Shown here one piece after another: positions 18,546 to 26,570 of a stretch of DNA of 64,000 nt; position 1 is the first letter of the stretch, and the number at the start of each line of letters is the position of its first letter. The stretch comes from an uncultured Candidatus Saccharibacteria bacterium (lineage in GTDB: Bacteria; Patescibacteriota; Doudnabacteria; UBA920): positions 964,048 to 1,028,047 of the forward strand of contig CAYYWQ010000001.1 in NCBI GenBank assembly GCA_964474825.1, read 5' to 3'. The translations under genes and the position numbers were made by a program. The notes below the pieces were generated by a model. The model had not been told where the DNA came from, made no database searches, and saw only the letters and a program-made list of their open reading frames with translations.

Positions 18546-19874
18546 TTGTCAATATTGTTGCATATGGAACACTCTCAGTCTAAAAAACTTAGCTTTCTCA
18601 ATATTTCGGTCATTTTTTTATTTTTGGCCGTTTTAAGCCTTTTTTTCCCGATTCGCCATGTATTTCTGAGCCATTTCAGTTTTATAACTGGCGTTTACTC
18701 AGACTTTACCAGCTTTTCCCTATACTTAGCTGACATATTCTTGGGCCTCTCGGGTGGCTTTTGCCTAGCTGGGGCGGGGAGAGTATTACTCCTTTCCTTG
18801 AAACCCCTAAGGTGGCTGACCCTATGGATTTTTGTTGTTTTTTTGACTAATTTTGCCTTAAACAAGGGAGAAAGTGCCTATTATTTACTTAAGTTCCTGG
18901 AAATGATTGTTGCATATGGAACAATTGTAACCCTGTTCAAATTAAAGCCTATTAAAACAGCCTTTTCAACCTTATTTATAACCCTTTCTACCCTCCAAAG
19001 CCTGCTAGCTTTGCTCCAATTCTACCTTCAAAGGCCAGTTGGGCTGTTTAGGCTAGGGGAGCAGCAAATCTACCCCAATATGCAGGGGATTGCGAAACTA
19101 GTGGTAGATGGAACCACATATATTAGAGGTTACGGCACTTTCCCGCATCCCAACCTGCTTTCTGCCTTTTTAGTGGCCGGAGTCCTTTTAACCCTCTATT
19201 TATTCCAGACAGCCCAAAAAACCAGGGCCAAAGCAGCCTTAGCAATAACTTTAGCCATAAATATACTAGGCTTAACCGTGACCTTTTCACGTGCAGCATT
19301 TTTGGCTTTGGGAATTGGTCTCGTAATATATTTTGCCTATTTGCTCATCTCCAAGGTTAACATCAAAAAGATTTACATTAGTCTTGCGATAATTTTTGCA
19401 AGTTTATTAACCTCATCTATTATCTTCAGGCCATACTTACTAACAAGAGCCACAATTTCTGGTTCCGCCAGCTCCCAAAGAATAGCTTACAACAGAATCG
19501 GAGTAGAGATGATTAAAGAACATCCGCTCTTTGGCGTGGGACTAGGGGAGAGCGTACCATTAATGAACGAATTTTCAACTGTAAGATTATTACCCTGGGA
19601 CATTCAACCAATCCATAATTATTTTTTACTCACCGCCGCAGAAACAGGAATTATTGGCGCACTAATATTGATTTGGATATTCTTGTCCCACCTACTCACT
19701 ACTTACCACAAGCTACGAACTAGTTCCAATCCTTTTCTCTATTCTCTATTCGCTATTCTCTCATGCTTCCTAGTTCTCATGCTCTTCGACCACTACTTCT
19801 ACACCCTCCAGCAAACCCAAATACTCCTTTGGATAACTTTAGGGCTTATTGCGGCAGAAACAAAAAAAGTTTGA
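18546..19874 (+). CDS. O-antigen ligase (Wzy_C) family polytopic membrane protein
   Basis: About 10-12 TM helices with an RGYGTFPHPNLLSAFLVAG loop typical of the O-antigen ligase domain. Confidence 0.65.
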   Translation: MSILLHMEHSQSKKLSFLNISVIFLFLAVLSLFFPIRHVFLSHFSFITGVYSDFTSFSLYLADIFLGLSGGFCLAGAGRVLLLSLKPLRWLTLWIFVVFLTNFALNKGESAYYLLKFLEMIVAYGTIVTLFKLKPIKTAFSTLFITLSTLQSLLALLQFYLQRPVGLFRLGEQQIYPNMQGIAKLVVDGTTYIRGYGTFPHPNLLSAFLVAGVLLTLYLFQTAQKTRAKAALAITLAINILGLTVTFSRAAFLALGIGLVIYFAYLLISKVNIKKIYISLAIIFASLLTSSIIFRPYLLTRATISGSASSQRIAYNRIGVEMIKEHPLFGVGLGESVPLMNEFSTVRLLPWDIQPIHNYFLLTAAETGIIGALILIWIFLSHLLTTYHKLRTSSNPFLYSLFAILSCFLVLMLFDHYFYTLQQTQILLWITLGLIAAETKKV

Positions 19875-19945
19875 CATAAAATTGGGAAAATCTTAGTATG
19901 ACTTACCAATCGTGACTGAAAAGGTTGGTAGAAAATGGAGGGTGA

Positions 19946-20236
19946 ATGCTAAAAGAGCAAACACCAATGGACATTAGCGCGCTCCAAACGCTTGAAGCGT
20001 GCTGTAAGGGATTTTCGGAAAACTTCTACCTCAAGCGCGAGCGAATTGCCTGGACAGGTTCGCTGGCAACCAACGTGATGCTATTCGAACGGGTTGCCTT
20101 GGGGGGAGCACAACTCATCACGCTCAAACAAACCCTGACCAGACTTCGAAAACAGTACGGTCCTGGGGTCGTGGGTTCAGCTACGATTTGCAGCGCACTC
20201 GAGCAGATCGCGCGGACTCAAGGGGTGACGGTATAA
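19946..20236 (+). CDS. Hypothetical protein in GC-rich (~55%) mini-island
   Basis: Good SD (GGAGGGTGA, 4 nt before ATG). Composition contrasts sharply with the flanking DNA. A GC-rich hairpin terminator follows. Confidence 0.45.
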   Translation: MLKEQTPMDISALQTLEACCKGFSENFYLKRERIAWTGSLATNVMLFERVALGGAQLITLKQTLTRLRKQYGPGVVGSATICSALEQIARTQGVTV

Positions 20237-20250
20237 GCTCGGAAATAAAT

Positions 20251-20281
20251 AGAGGCGCGTCGGTCGAAACCACGCGCCTCT
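20251..20281. terminator. GC-rich hairpin terminator
   Basis: AGAGGCGCGT-CGGTCGAAACCAC-GCGCCTCT. Confidence 0.55.
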
Positions 20282-20296
20282 AAGACTTTTTAAAAA

Positions 20297-20767
20297 TTAT
20301 TTGTGATATTCTTTCCCATTCAAAATTGTGCACGCCCTATAAATCTGCTCTTCTAAAACTACTCTGGCCATATTATGCGGAAAAGTAAGAGGGGACAGGG
20401 AAATAGAATAATTAGAATACTGTTTTAAAGACTCGTGAAGCCCCACACCGCTACCAATAACAAAAACTAATTCTTTACCAAGACCTCCAACTCGCTCTAA
20501 AAACAAGGAAAAGTCCTTAGAATTACGCAAAGTTCCTTTTTCTTCCAGCAAAATTACTACTCCGTCTTTCGGCAACTGGGCTACAATTTTTTCCGCTTCC
20601 TGAAGCTTAATTTTTTCAACTTCCTGGTTTTTTCCATAGCCAACTTCAGCCAATTCTACAACTTTTATTTTGGCATAAGGATGCAAACGTTTTAAAAATT
20701 CCGCTTCCAATTCCTTGTAAGCTTTTTCTTTAAATTTTCCTAATGTGATGATCCTTATTTTAAACAT
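20297..20767 (-). CDS. rlmH: 23S rRNA (pseudouridine1915-N3)-methyltransferase RlmH
   Basis: SPOUT-fold protein of ~156 aa. The C-terminus LTFPHNMARVVLEEQIYRACTILNGKEYH matches the RlmH tail. Confidence 0.85.
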   Translation of the reverse strand: MFKIRIITLGKFKEKAYKELEAEFLKRLHPYAKIKVVELAEVGYGKNQEVEKIKLQEAEKIVAQLPKDGVVILLEEKGTLRNSKDFSLFLERVGGLGKELVFVIGSGVGLHESLKQYSNYSISLSPLTFPHNMARVVLEEQIYRACTILNGKEYHK

Positions 20768-20834
20768 AAGCTCCTTTACTTAAACGCATCTTTGAGTTAA
20801 AATTATTCACAGTTCTTATATCTTAAACTTATAT

Positions 20835-20908
20835 GGGCCTATAGTAAAGTGGTATTACGCGGCATTCGCATTGCTGAGGCGGGAGTTCGATTCTCCCTAG
20901 GTCCACCA
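20835..20908 (+). tRNA. tRNA-Ala(CGC)
   Basis: G3:U70 in the acceptor stem, anticodon loop TTCGCAT, T-loop TTCGATT, and CCA. Confidence 0.8.
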
Positions 20909-21038
20909 CTCGACTCCCTTTGGCTAACGCCAAAACTCGCTCGTGGCTTCGGCTTTTGGGAAGCCTCAACCAAACCACGATTGTTAGAGCGGGTCGAGTG
21001 TCCCGAGCGAGAAGCGCCAGCAACGAGTCGAGGGGCAA
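20909..21038 (+). ncRNA. tRNA-associated structured element, long form (copy A)
   Basis: Starts at CTCGACTC right after the tRNA CCA. Contains two hairpins that covary with copy B, a conserved CTCGCTCGTGG block, a long-range stem (5' CTCGAC pairs with a 3' GUCGAG), and ends in GTCCCGAGCGA...GTCGAGGGGCAA. Confidence 0.5.
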
Positions 21039-21108
21039 AAAAATACGTTTTGCGTTTATTCAATTCAAAAAATAAAATACCCAACCTTAAGGTTGGGTAT
21101 TTTATTTT

Positions 21109-21132
21109 GTCCCGAGCGAAGTCGAGGGGCAA
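21109..21132 (+). repeat. tRNA-associated short motif S (GTCCCGAGCGAAGTCGAGGGGCAA), copy A-short
   Basis: Preceded by the hairpin AAAATAAAATACCCAACC-TTAA-GGTTGGGTATTTTATTTT (21068..21108). Confidence 0.6.
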
Positions 21133-21167
21133 TGATATTATTTTTCTTTGGGCTAAAAAGTAAAAAT

Positions 21168-21881
21168 CTATCTAAAAAAAGTTTTTCTAATATTCTGCAC
21201 CTCGTGCATAAAGGCGGATTCTTGTTCGCGGCGGGGATAGGGGAGGGTAAGGTTAAAAATTTGTTCTAGCTGGCCGGCCTTCATTAGCATTATTCTGTCA
21301 GCGAGCGTTACAGCTTCTTCTATGGAGTGAGAAATCATGACAATAGTCTTTTTGGTTGCTTTCCAAATTTTATATAGATCTTTGTGCAGCTCTTCTGTGG
21401 TTACCGCGTCCAGTGCGGAAAAAGGCTCATCTAACAACAAAACTTTTGGGTCCACTGCCAAAGCCCTGGCCAAGCCCACACGCTGGCGCTGGCCGCCGGA
21501 CAATTCGTGCGGATACTTTTCCACTAAATCCTGAAGTCCCACCATTTCTATATATTTAAAACTTTGTTCCTGAACTTTTTTTGGGTGTGTATTTATAACT
21601 TTAAGGCCCAAAGCCACGTTTTCGTAAACATTTAGCCACGGAAAAAGCGCGCCGCTTTGAAAAACCATAGCAACGTCTGCGGGTTTTTCTACTGTACCAC
21701 TAGATTGCTCTTCAAGTCCGGCGATAATTTTTAAAATTGTAGATTTACCACAACCCGAAGGCCCAACAAGACAAAAAAATTCTCCGTCTAATATATTAAA
21801 ACTAACATCAACCAAACTTGGTTTGGGGTTATTAGAATAAGTCTTACTAACCTTGTCGAATTTTATTATTGTTTGGTCCAT
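21168..21881 (-). CDS. ABC transporter ATP-binding protein (nitrate/sulfonate/taurine NitT/TauT family)
   Basis: GPSGCGKST Walker A, LSGGQRQRV signature and LLLDEPFSALD Walker B. Confidence 0.9.
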   Translation of the reverse strand: MDQTIIKFDKVSKTYSNNPKPSLVDVSFNILDGEFFCLVGPSGCGKSTILKIIAGLEEQSSGTVEKPADVAMVFQSGALFPWLNVYENVALGLKVINTHPKKVQEQSFKYIEMVGLQDLVEKYPHELSGGQRQRVGLARALAVDPKVLLLDEPFSALDAVTTEELHKDLYKIWKATKKTIVMISHSIEEAVTLADRIMLMKAGQLEQIFNLTLPYPRREQESAFMHEVQNIRKTFFR

Positions 21882-21892
21882 AATAAGGAAAT

Positions 21893-21990
21893 AAACTACA
21901 GAAAACTATATTTATCTACAGATGCCTACAGAAAACTGCTGTCCTTCCGTAGGCATCTGTAGTGTGCCTACTCTGTAGTTCTGTAGATCT
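21893..21990. repeat. CTACAGA/TCTGTAG repeat cluster with 14-bp perfect inverted repeat (CTACAGATGCCTAC ... GTAGGCATCTGTAG)
   Basis: Intergenic between the ABC permease and ATPase genes. The same units (GTAGGCATCTGTAG, CTGTAGTTCTGTAG) recur at 13848..13872. Confidence 0.6.
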
Positions 21991-22813
21991 ATTCGAATTT
22001 GTATCGTTCTGCATATTTAAGCAGCCTTTGCCAAATTAAAAAATTCATTAAGCCTACAAAAATTACCAAAACAATCAAAGCCATTAAAAACCCCTGCTGC
22101 TGGCCGTTGGCCGCGGTAGATACTAACACATTGCCAATACCAAAGAGGTCTTGCGATGAAGTACCACCGGGAACGTAGGTGTGCAAAACCTCCGCTACAA
22201 TAATAATGTTCCAGCCTCCGGCCCAGGCAAGAAGCGAGCCGGTTACCAAATAGGGAACAACCGCGGGAAGCAGCACGCGGTCTATATATTTTATGCCCGT
22301 TAAATGAAAAATTTTTGCCGCTTCTTTTATGTCACTGGGAATAACACGAAGGCCTCCGACCATGCTAAAAACTATACTCCACATCATGGTAAGCATTAAA
22401 ATAAAAATCGCAGCGAAATTGTAAAGGCCATAATGCACAAACAAAACAATTATTACCGGGAAAAATGCCAACACCGGGACTGACTGAATTACATCGAACA
22501 ACGGAAATAAAATCCGCTCAGCCTTGGGGTTATGGTTAATTAGCAGCGCTAAAGGCACAGCTAAAATTAAAGCCGCAGCATAGGCAATGAACAAGCGGAC
22601 AAAAGTAACCAGAACCGCGCCCACTAAAAGTCCCCAAGTTATATGGGGCAACTCTGCCAAATTTTTCCCGCCAAAATGGGACAAGACAAAAGAAACGGCA
22701 AGCAAAACCAGCAAAGGAAAAACCACAAAACTGTAAATCCTTTGGCGGCCGGACACAGGATAACTAATACTCATGTGCCGGTGAAAATGATGTATGTGTT
22801 TTGGCTGTGACAT
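21989..22813 (-). CDS. ABC transporter permease (TauC/SsuC-like)
   Basis: 6-TM binding-protein-dependent permease with an EAA-like loop. N-terminal His-rich extension (HIHHFHRH). Confidence 0.85.
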   Translation of the reverse strand: MSQPKHIHHFHRHMSISYPVSGRQRIYSFVVFPLLVLLAVSFVLSHFGGKNLAELPHITWGLLVGAVLVTFVRLFIAYAAALILAVPLALLINHNPKAERILFPLFDVIQSVPVLAFFPVIIVLFVHYGLYNFAAIFILMLTMMWSIVFSMVGGLRVIPSDIKEAAKIFHLTGIKYIDRVLLPAVVPYLVTGSLLAWAGGWNIIIVAEVLHTYVPGGTSSQDLFGIGNVLVSTAANGQQQGFLMALIVLVIFVGLMNFLIWQRLLKYAERYKFE

Positions 22814-22853
22814 TTTTGTTTCGGAAAATTATACTACTTCTTTATTATATCAC

Positions 22854-23429
22854 TTATGAGTCTAAGTCATTCTCAAACCGTTTGGAAACAAAATATTCTG
22901 CAATAAAAAATGCTATTACCAGGCCGAGCAACACCAGCTCCGCGTATTTTATGTAATTTTTTAAAATATTATAGGAGTAACTAAAAACCAACCCTAAAGT
23001 GGAAATTGCCGTAAGCCAAATGGCAGTAGCCGGGACCGAGGCTTTAACAAATTCACGCACGCTGACTTTAAGCATGCCCAGGCGAATTAAAACTGCGCGG
23101 TGGAAGCCGTAAACAAATTTGGAAATTACCAAATAGCGAAAAGGGTTATGCTGTAAACGAGAGTCGTAACGGCCAGTTATTTTAGCAGCCCACCTGGTTA
23201 CGCGGTCATGCTTGCTTAAGTACAGGCCCAATAAATAATGCAAAAACTGTTCACCATAACCTCCACCAGCTATTAAAATTACTGCCAGTGCCGGATTAAC
23301 CCTTCCTTGGGTAATTAAAAACATTCCGGTTAAAATAGTAACATTGGCCTCAAAAAACATACCAAAAAACAAAGCGGCATAAATTAAGCCGTGAGAAGAA
23401 CTCATTACAAAATCCAAGAAAGATTCCAT
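22854..23429 (-). CDS. DedA/VTT-domain family membrane protein
   Basis: Multi-TM protein with a DedA-like core (GGYGEQFLHYLLGLYLSK ... RYLVISKFVYGFHRAVLIRLGML). Confidence 0.65.
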   Translation of the reverse strand: MESFLDFVMSSSHGLIYAALFFGMFFEANVTILTGMFLITQGRVNPALAVILIAGGGYGEQFLHYLLGLYLSKHDRVTRWAAKITGRYDSRLQHNPFRYLVISKFVYGFHRAVLIRLGMLKVSVREFVKASVPATAIWLTAISTLGLVFSYSYNILKNYIKYAELVLLGLVIAFFIAEYFVSKRFENDLDS

Positions 23430-23432
23430 ATA

Positions 23433-24953
23433 TTAAAACCCATGAAGAGTTTCTATCTTCGCTCCAAGTTTTTTTAAACGCGTAACTAAGTCTTCATACC
23501 CGCGGGCGATAGAATAAACATTTCGCAGAATAGATGTGCCATGCGCGGCAAGCATCCCAATTAGAATTATTGCCGCGGGCCGCAATGCCGGGGGACAAAT
23601 AACTTCCGCTCCTTTTAATTTGGTTGGGCCTTCCACGTAAACACGGTGCGGGTCTGCCAAAATTATATTAGCCCGAAGTTTTGTTAGTTCCATGTAGTAA
23701 ATAGCGCGGTTTTCGTAAACCCAATCGTGAATTAGCGTAGTACCTTTGGCCTGTGTGGCAATGGGCACAAAAAACGGCAGGTTGTCTATGTTAATGCCCG
23801 GGTAAGGCATTGGATGGATTTTTTCTTCCAGTGCGATTAGTTTAGAGGGGAGCGTTTTAATATCTACCAAGTTAACATAACTATTATTTGACTGATAGCG
23901 CTTTAAAATTTCATATTTAAAACCCATTTTTTCCAATTTAAGCAATTCCAATTCCAAAAAGTCTATTGGACAGCGTTCAATAACGAAAGAGGAATTGGTC
24001 GTGGCAGCCAAAGAAAGAAACATCATGGCCTCAATTGGATCTTCGCCTAAAAAATATTCTACATTGCGGTCAATGTCCGGCTGGCCATGAATGACCAAAG
24101 TACTGCTGCCAATGCCTTCTATTTTTACGCCCAAAGTTTTTAAAAAATAACATAAATCCTGGACCATGTAATTTCCCGAGGCTAGCTTAATGGTTGTTTG
24201 CCCCGGTAGTTTTGCTGCGGCCATAATCGCGTTTTCCGTAACCGTGTCTCCGGTTTCATAAAGCACAACTTCTGAAGCGGAAAGTTTTGCGGCTGAAACC
24301 TCGTAAGCGGCGTGTGTTGTTTTAACCCTAACGCCGAATTTTTCCAGAGCATACAAATGCGGCCTCACAGTTCGCGCGCCCAAGTGGCAGCCTTCAGGAT
24401 GGGGCAAAGAAAAACTTTTAGCTAAATGAATAAGCGGGCCCAAAAACAACAAAACACTGCGAGTCCTACCGGCGGATTCTTTGTTAAAATGCTGGAGCTG
24501 GAGCTTTTTTGGCGGAACTATTTCCACATCGCTATTTTGCCACTTAACACTGACCCCAATGCTGGTTAAAGCCTCAATTAAGCGGTTAACCTCTTCTATT
24601 TTAGGAACTCCGCGCAGTGTGGTTTTGCCTTTATTCAGGAGAGAAGCGCAAAGAAGCGCCACAGCCGCGTTTTTGGAAGTATTAACGCTTATAGTTCCGG
24701 ACAATTTATGTCCGCCCTCTATTTTAAAGTTAACGGAATTATTAGCAAGCTGGATAATTTCCTGCTTTAGAACACCGCTAATTTTAGACAATGTTTCCGT
24801 AGTTAAATTCTGCTGCCCTTTTTCCATTCTGGCTACGGCAGATTGGCTGGTTTTTAAGGCCTTGGCAAAAGCAGCCTGGGTAAACCCCTTGCTTTCTCTA
24901 AGCTGGCCTATAAACTGCCCTATTTTTTGCTGTTCTAACTGGAGGTTATTCAT
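23433..24953 (-). CDS. murA: XRE-family HTH domain fused to UDP-N-acetylglucosamine 1-carboxyvinyltransferase (MurA)
   Basis: Residues 1-60 form an XRE-type HTH (IGQFIGQLRESKGFTQAAFAKALKTSQSAVARMEKGQQNLT). The rest is a full MurA/EPSP-synthase fold, including the active-site Cys loop HPEGCHLGARTVRPH. Confidence 0.85.
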   Translation of the reverse strand: MNNLQLEQQKIGQFIGQLRESKGFTQAAFAKALKTSQSAVARMEKGQQNLTTETLSKISGVLKQEIIQLANNSVNFKIEGGHKLSGTISVNTSKNAAVALLCASLLNKGKTTLRGVPKIEEVNRLIEALTSIGVSVKWQNSDVEIVPPKKLQLQHFNKESAGRTRSVLLFLGPLIHLAKSFSLPHPEGCHLGARTVRPHLYALEKFGVRVKTTHAAYEVSAAKLSASEVVLYETGDTVTENAIMAAAKLPGQTTIKLASGNYMVQDLCYFLKTLGVKIEGIGSSTLVIHGQPDIDRNVEYFLGEDPIEAMMFLSLAATTNSSFVIERCPIDFLELELLKLEKMGFKYEILKRYQSNNSYVNLVDIKTLPSKLIALEEKIHPMPYPGINIDNLPFFVPIATQAKGTTLIHDWVYENRAIYYMELTKLRANIILADPHRVYVEGPTKLKGAEVICPPALRPAAIILIGMLAAHGTSILRNVYSIARGYEDLVTRLKKLGAKIETLHGF

Positions 24954-25057
24954 AATTTTGATATCATATGTGATATAACATTTACAGTATACCAGCTTAT
25001 TTAATCCATTTCAAGTTAAAAAGTGGATAAATATATCATATGTGGCAATATAAAAAG

Positions 25058-25092
25058 ATTACCCTTATAAAGGGGTAACCTTTTTATTGTTC
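25058..25092. terminator. Bidirectional hairpin terminator
   Basis: TTACCCTT-ATAA-AGGGGTAA with T-runs on both sides. Confidence 0.5.
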
Positions 25093-25101
25093 TAAAATTT
25101 G

Positions 25102-25317
25102 CTAAAAATGGAAAATTTTGGAAAACCAGTGTTCCAAATAATGGCTTTTTTGATTGGTAAAATATAAGGCCATTACCGCACCAAGATAAATGACATTCAA
25201 ATATACTACTTTCAGCAAATCGTGCTTAATAATCTTATATTCGGCCGCATGCGCGGAAGCACCACCTGTAAGAGAGTGGGAGACTGGTGTTTCGCTACCT
25301 TTTCTATTCTTTTTGGA
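25102..25317 (-). CDS. Hypothetical small membrane protein (72 aa from MSKKNRK)
   Basis: Internal ATG start, a C-terminal TM helix, and a terminator hairpin immediately downstream. I regard the longer 112-aa ORF-track version as over-extended. Confidence 0.3.
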   Translation of the reverse strand, partial: SKKNRKGSETPVSHSLTGGASAHAAEYKIIKHDLLKVVYLNVIYLGAVMALYFTNQKSHYLEHWFSKIFHF

Positions 25318-25500
25318 CATAAATAAATAATAGATTAAATTATCTTCTCTACAATATCTCAATATCTGTTTAATATCTACCAATATCAAAATGATATAAG
25401 ATATTAATCGATACTTATCGATATTATTGAATAGTAACAATAATTATAACAATTAAAGTCATTTGAACGCAAACGTCCGCAGTGCTACAATACCAAAGTT

Positions 25501-25989
25501 ATGAATCTTTCTATTGTTAGTACAGCCGCTTTAATAATAGCTTTCTTAGCTTTAGTGGGAGCTGTGGCGGCTTGGTGGGACTTACGGGGCTTAAATAAAA
25601 TGCGTAAAACTTTTTTCGCTGGCGAAGGCGGAGGCAGTCTGGAACCGGCCATTAACCACCTTGGCGAAAGTATTCAGCAGTTGCATGACCAACAAGTCGG
25701 GCAGGCTCAGGCCTTACTACAACTGCAGACTAACTTTAATTTCGCCCTGCAAAAAGTCGGAGTAGTGCGCTTTAACCCTTTTGCCGGCAGCGGCGGCAAC
25801 TTTAGCTTCAGCATCGCCCTGCTCAACGGCCACAACAACGGCCTGGTAATAACTTCCATGCACGGACGTGAGCAAAACCGAATTTATTCCAAAAAAATTC
25901 AGGATGGAAAAAGCGACACGCAGCTGACTGCGGAAGAACAGCAAGCAGTAGCGGAAGCAATACAAACCCACGACAAACAAATAATATAG
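25501..25989 (+). CDS. DUF4446-like membrane-anchored protein
   Basis: N-terminal TM segment, a coiled segment, and an RFNPFAGSGGNFSFSIALLNGHNNGLVITSMHGR core. Confidence 0.5.
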   Translation: MNLSIVSTAALIIAFLALVGAVAAWWDLRGLNKMRKTFFAGEGGGSLEPAINHLGESIQQLHDQQVGQAQALLQLQTNFNFALQKVGVVRFNPFAGSGGNFSFSIALLNGHNNGLVITSMHGREQNRIYSKKIQDGKSDTQLTAEEQQAVAEAIQTHDKQII

Positions 25990-26037
25990 GTTCGCATAAA
26001 ACAAAACCGATTGACCAACTAACCCGAAAGGAAAAAA

Positions 26038-26445
26038 ATGGACAAAATGTTAATGGACGAAAATTTAAGCCAGCAAGCCGAAACCGTAGTAGGTCCCAGC
26101 GTTAAAATTCAGGGGGACCTGAATTCCGAAGGAAATATTAGGATAGAAGGTCAGGTCAGCGGCAAAGTTAAGACCAGCCAGAGTGTTTTTGTTAATCATG
26201 GAGCTAAAATTGTGGCAGACGTTTTAGCCGGAAATGCCGTAATTGGCGGGGAAATCCAGGGTAATATTAAAATTTCCGGACATTTAATACTGCAGACTAC
26301 TGCCAAAATTGCCGGCGACATTTCCTGCTCCATTTTGCGCGTGGAAGACGGCGCCCAATTCACGGGCAAATGCTCCATGAACGGCGGCACCGCTCCGGCA
26401 ATCAACGGTAACGGAAAAAAAGCCAATTTAGAACCGGAAGAATAA
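26038..26445 (+). CDS. Bactofilin (polymer-forming cytoskeletal protein)
   Basis: Beta-helical repeat pattern (IEGQVSGKVKTSQSVFVNHGAKIVADVLAGNAVIGGEIQGNIKISGHLIL). Confidence 0.8.
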   Translation: MDKMLMDENLSQQAETVVGPSVKIQGDLNSEGNIRIEGQVSGKVKTSQSVFVNHGAKIVADVLAGNAVIGGEIQGNIKISGHLILQTTAKIAGDISCSILRVEDGAQFTGKCSMNGGTAPAINGNGKKANLEPEE

Positions 26446-26447
26446 CA

Positions 26448-26547
26448 CTAGTGATTAGTGCTTAGTGAATAGGCAATAGGAAAAAGCAGTTTTGCATTTT
26501 CCTATTTACTAATCGCTATTCGCTAATCACTATTTTCTATAAATAGC
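26448..26547. repeat. Heptamer-tandem palindromic terminator-like element (TAGTGNN units as ~32-bp imperfect inverted repeat)
   Basis: TAGTGATTAGTGCTTAGTGAATAGGCAATAGG ... CCTATTTACTAATCGCTATTCGCTAATCACTA flanking AAAAAGCAGTTTTGCATTTT. Confidence 0.5.
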
Positions 26548-26570
26548 TCCGAAGCCATCTGGCTCCGCCA

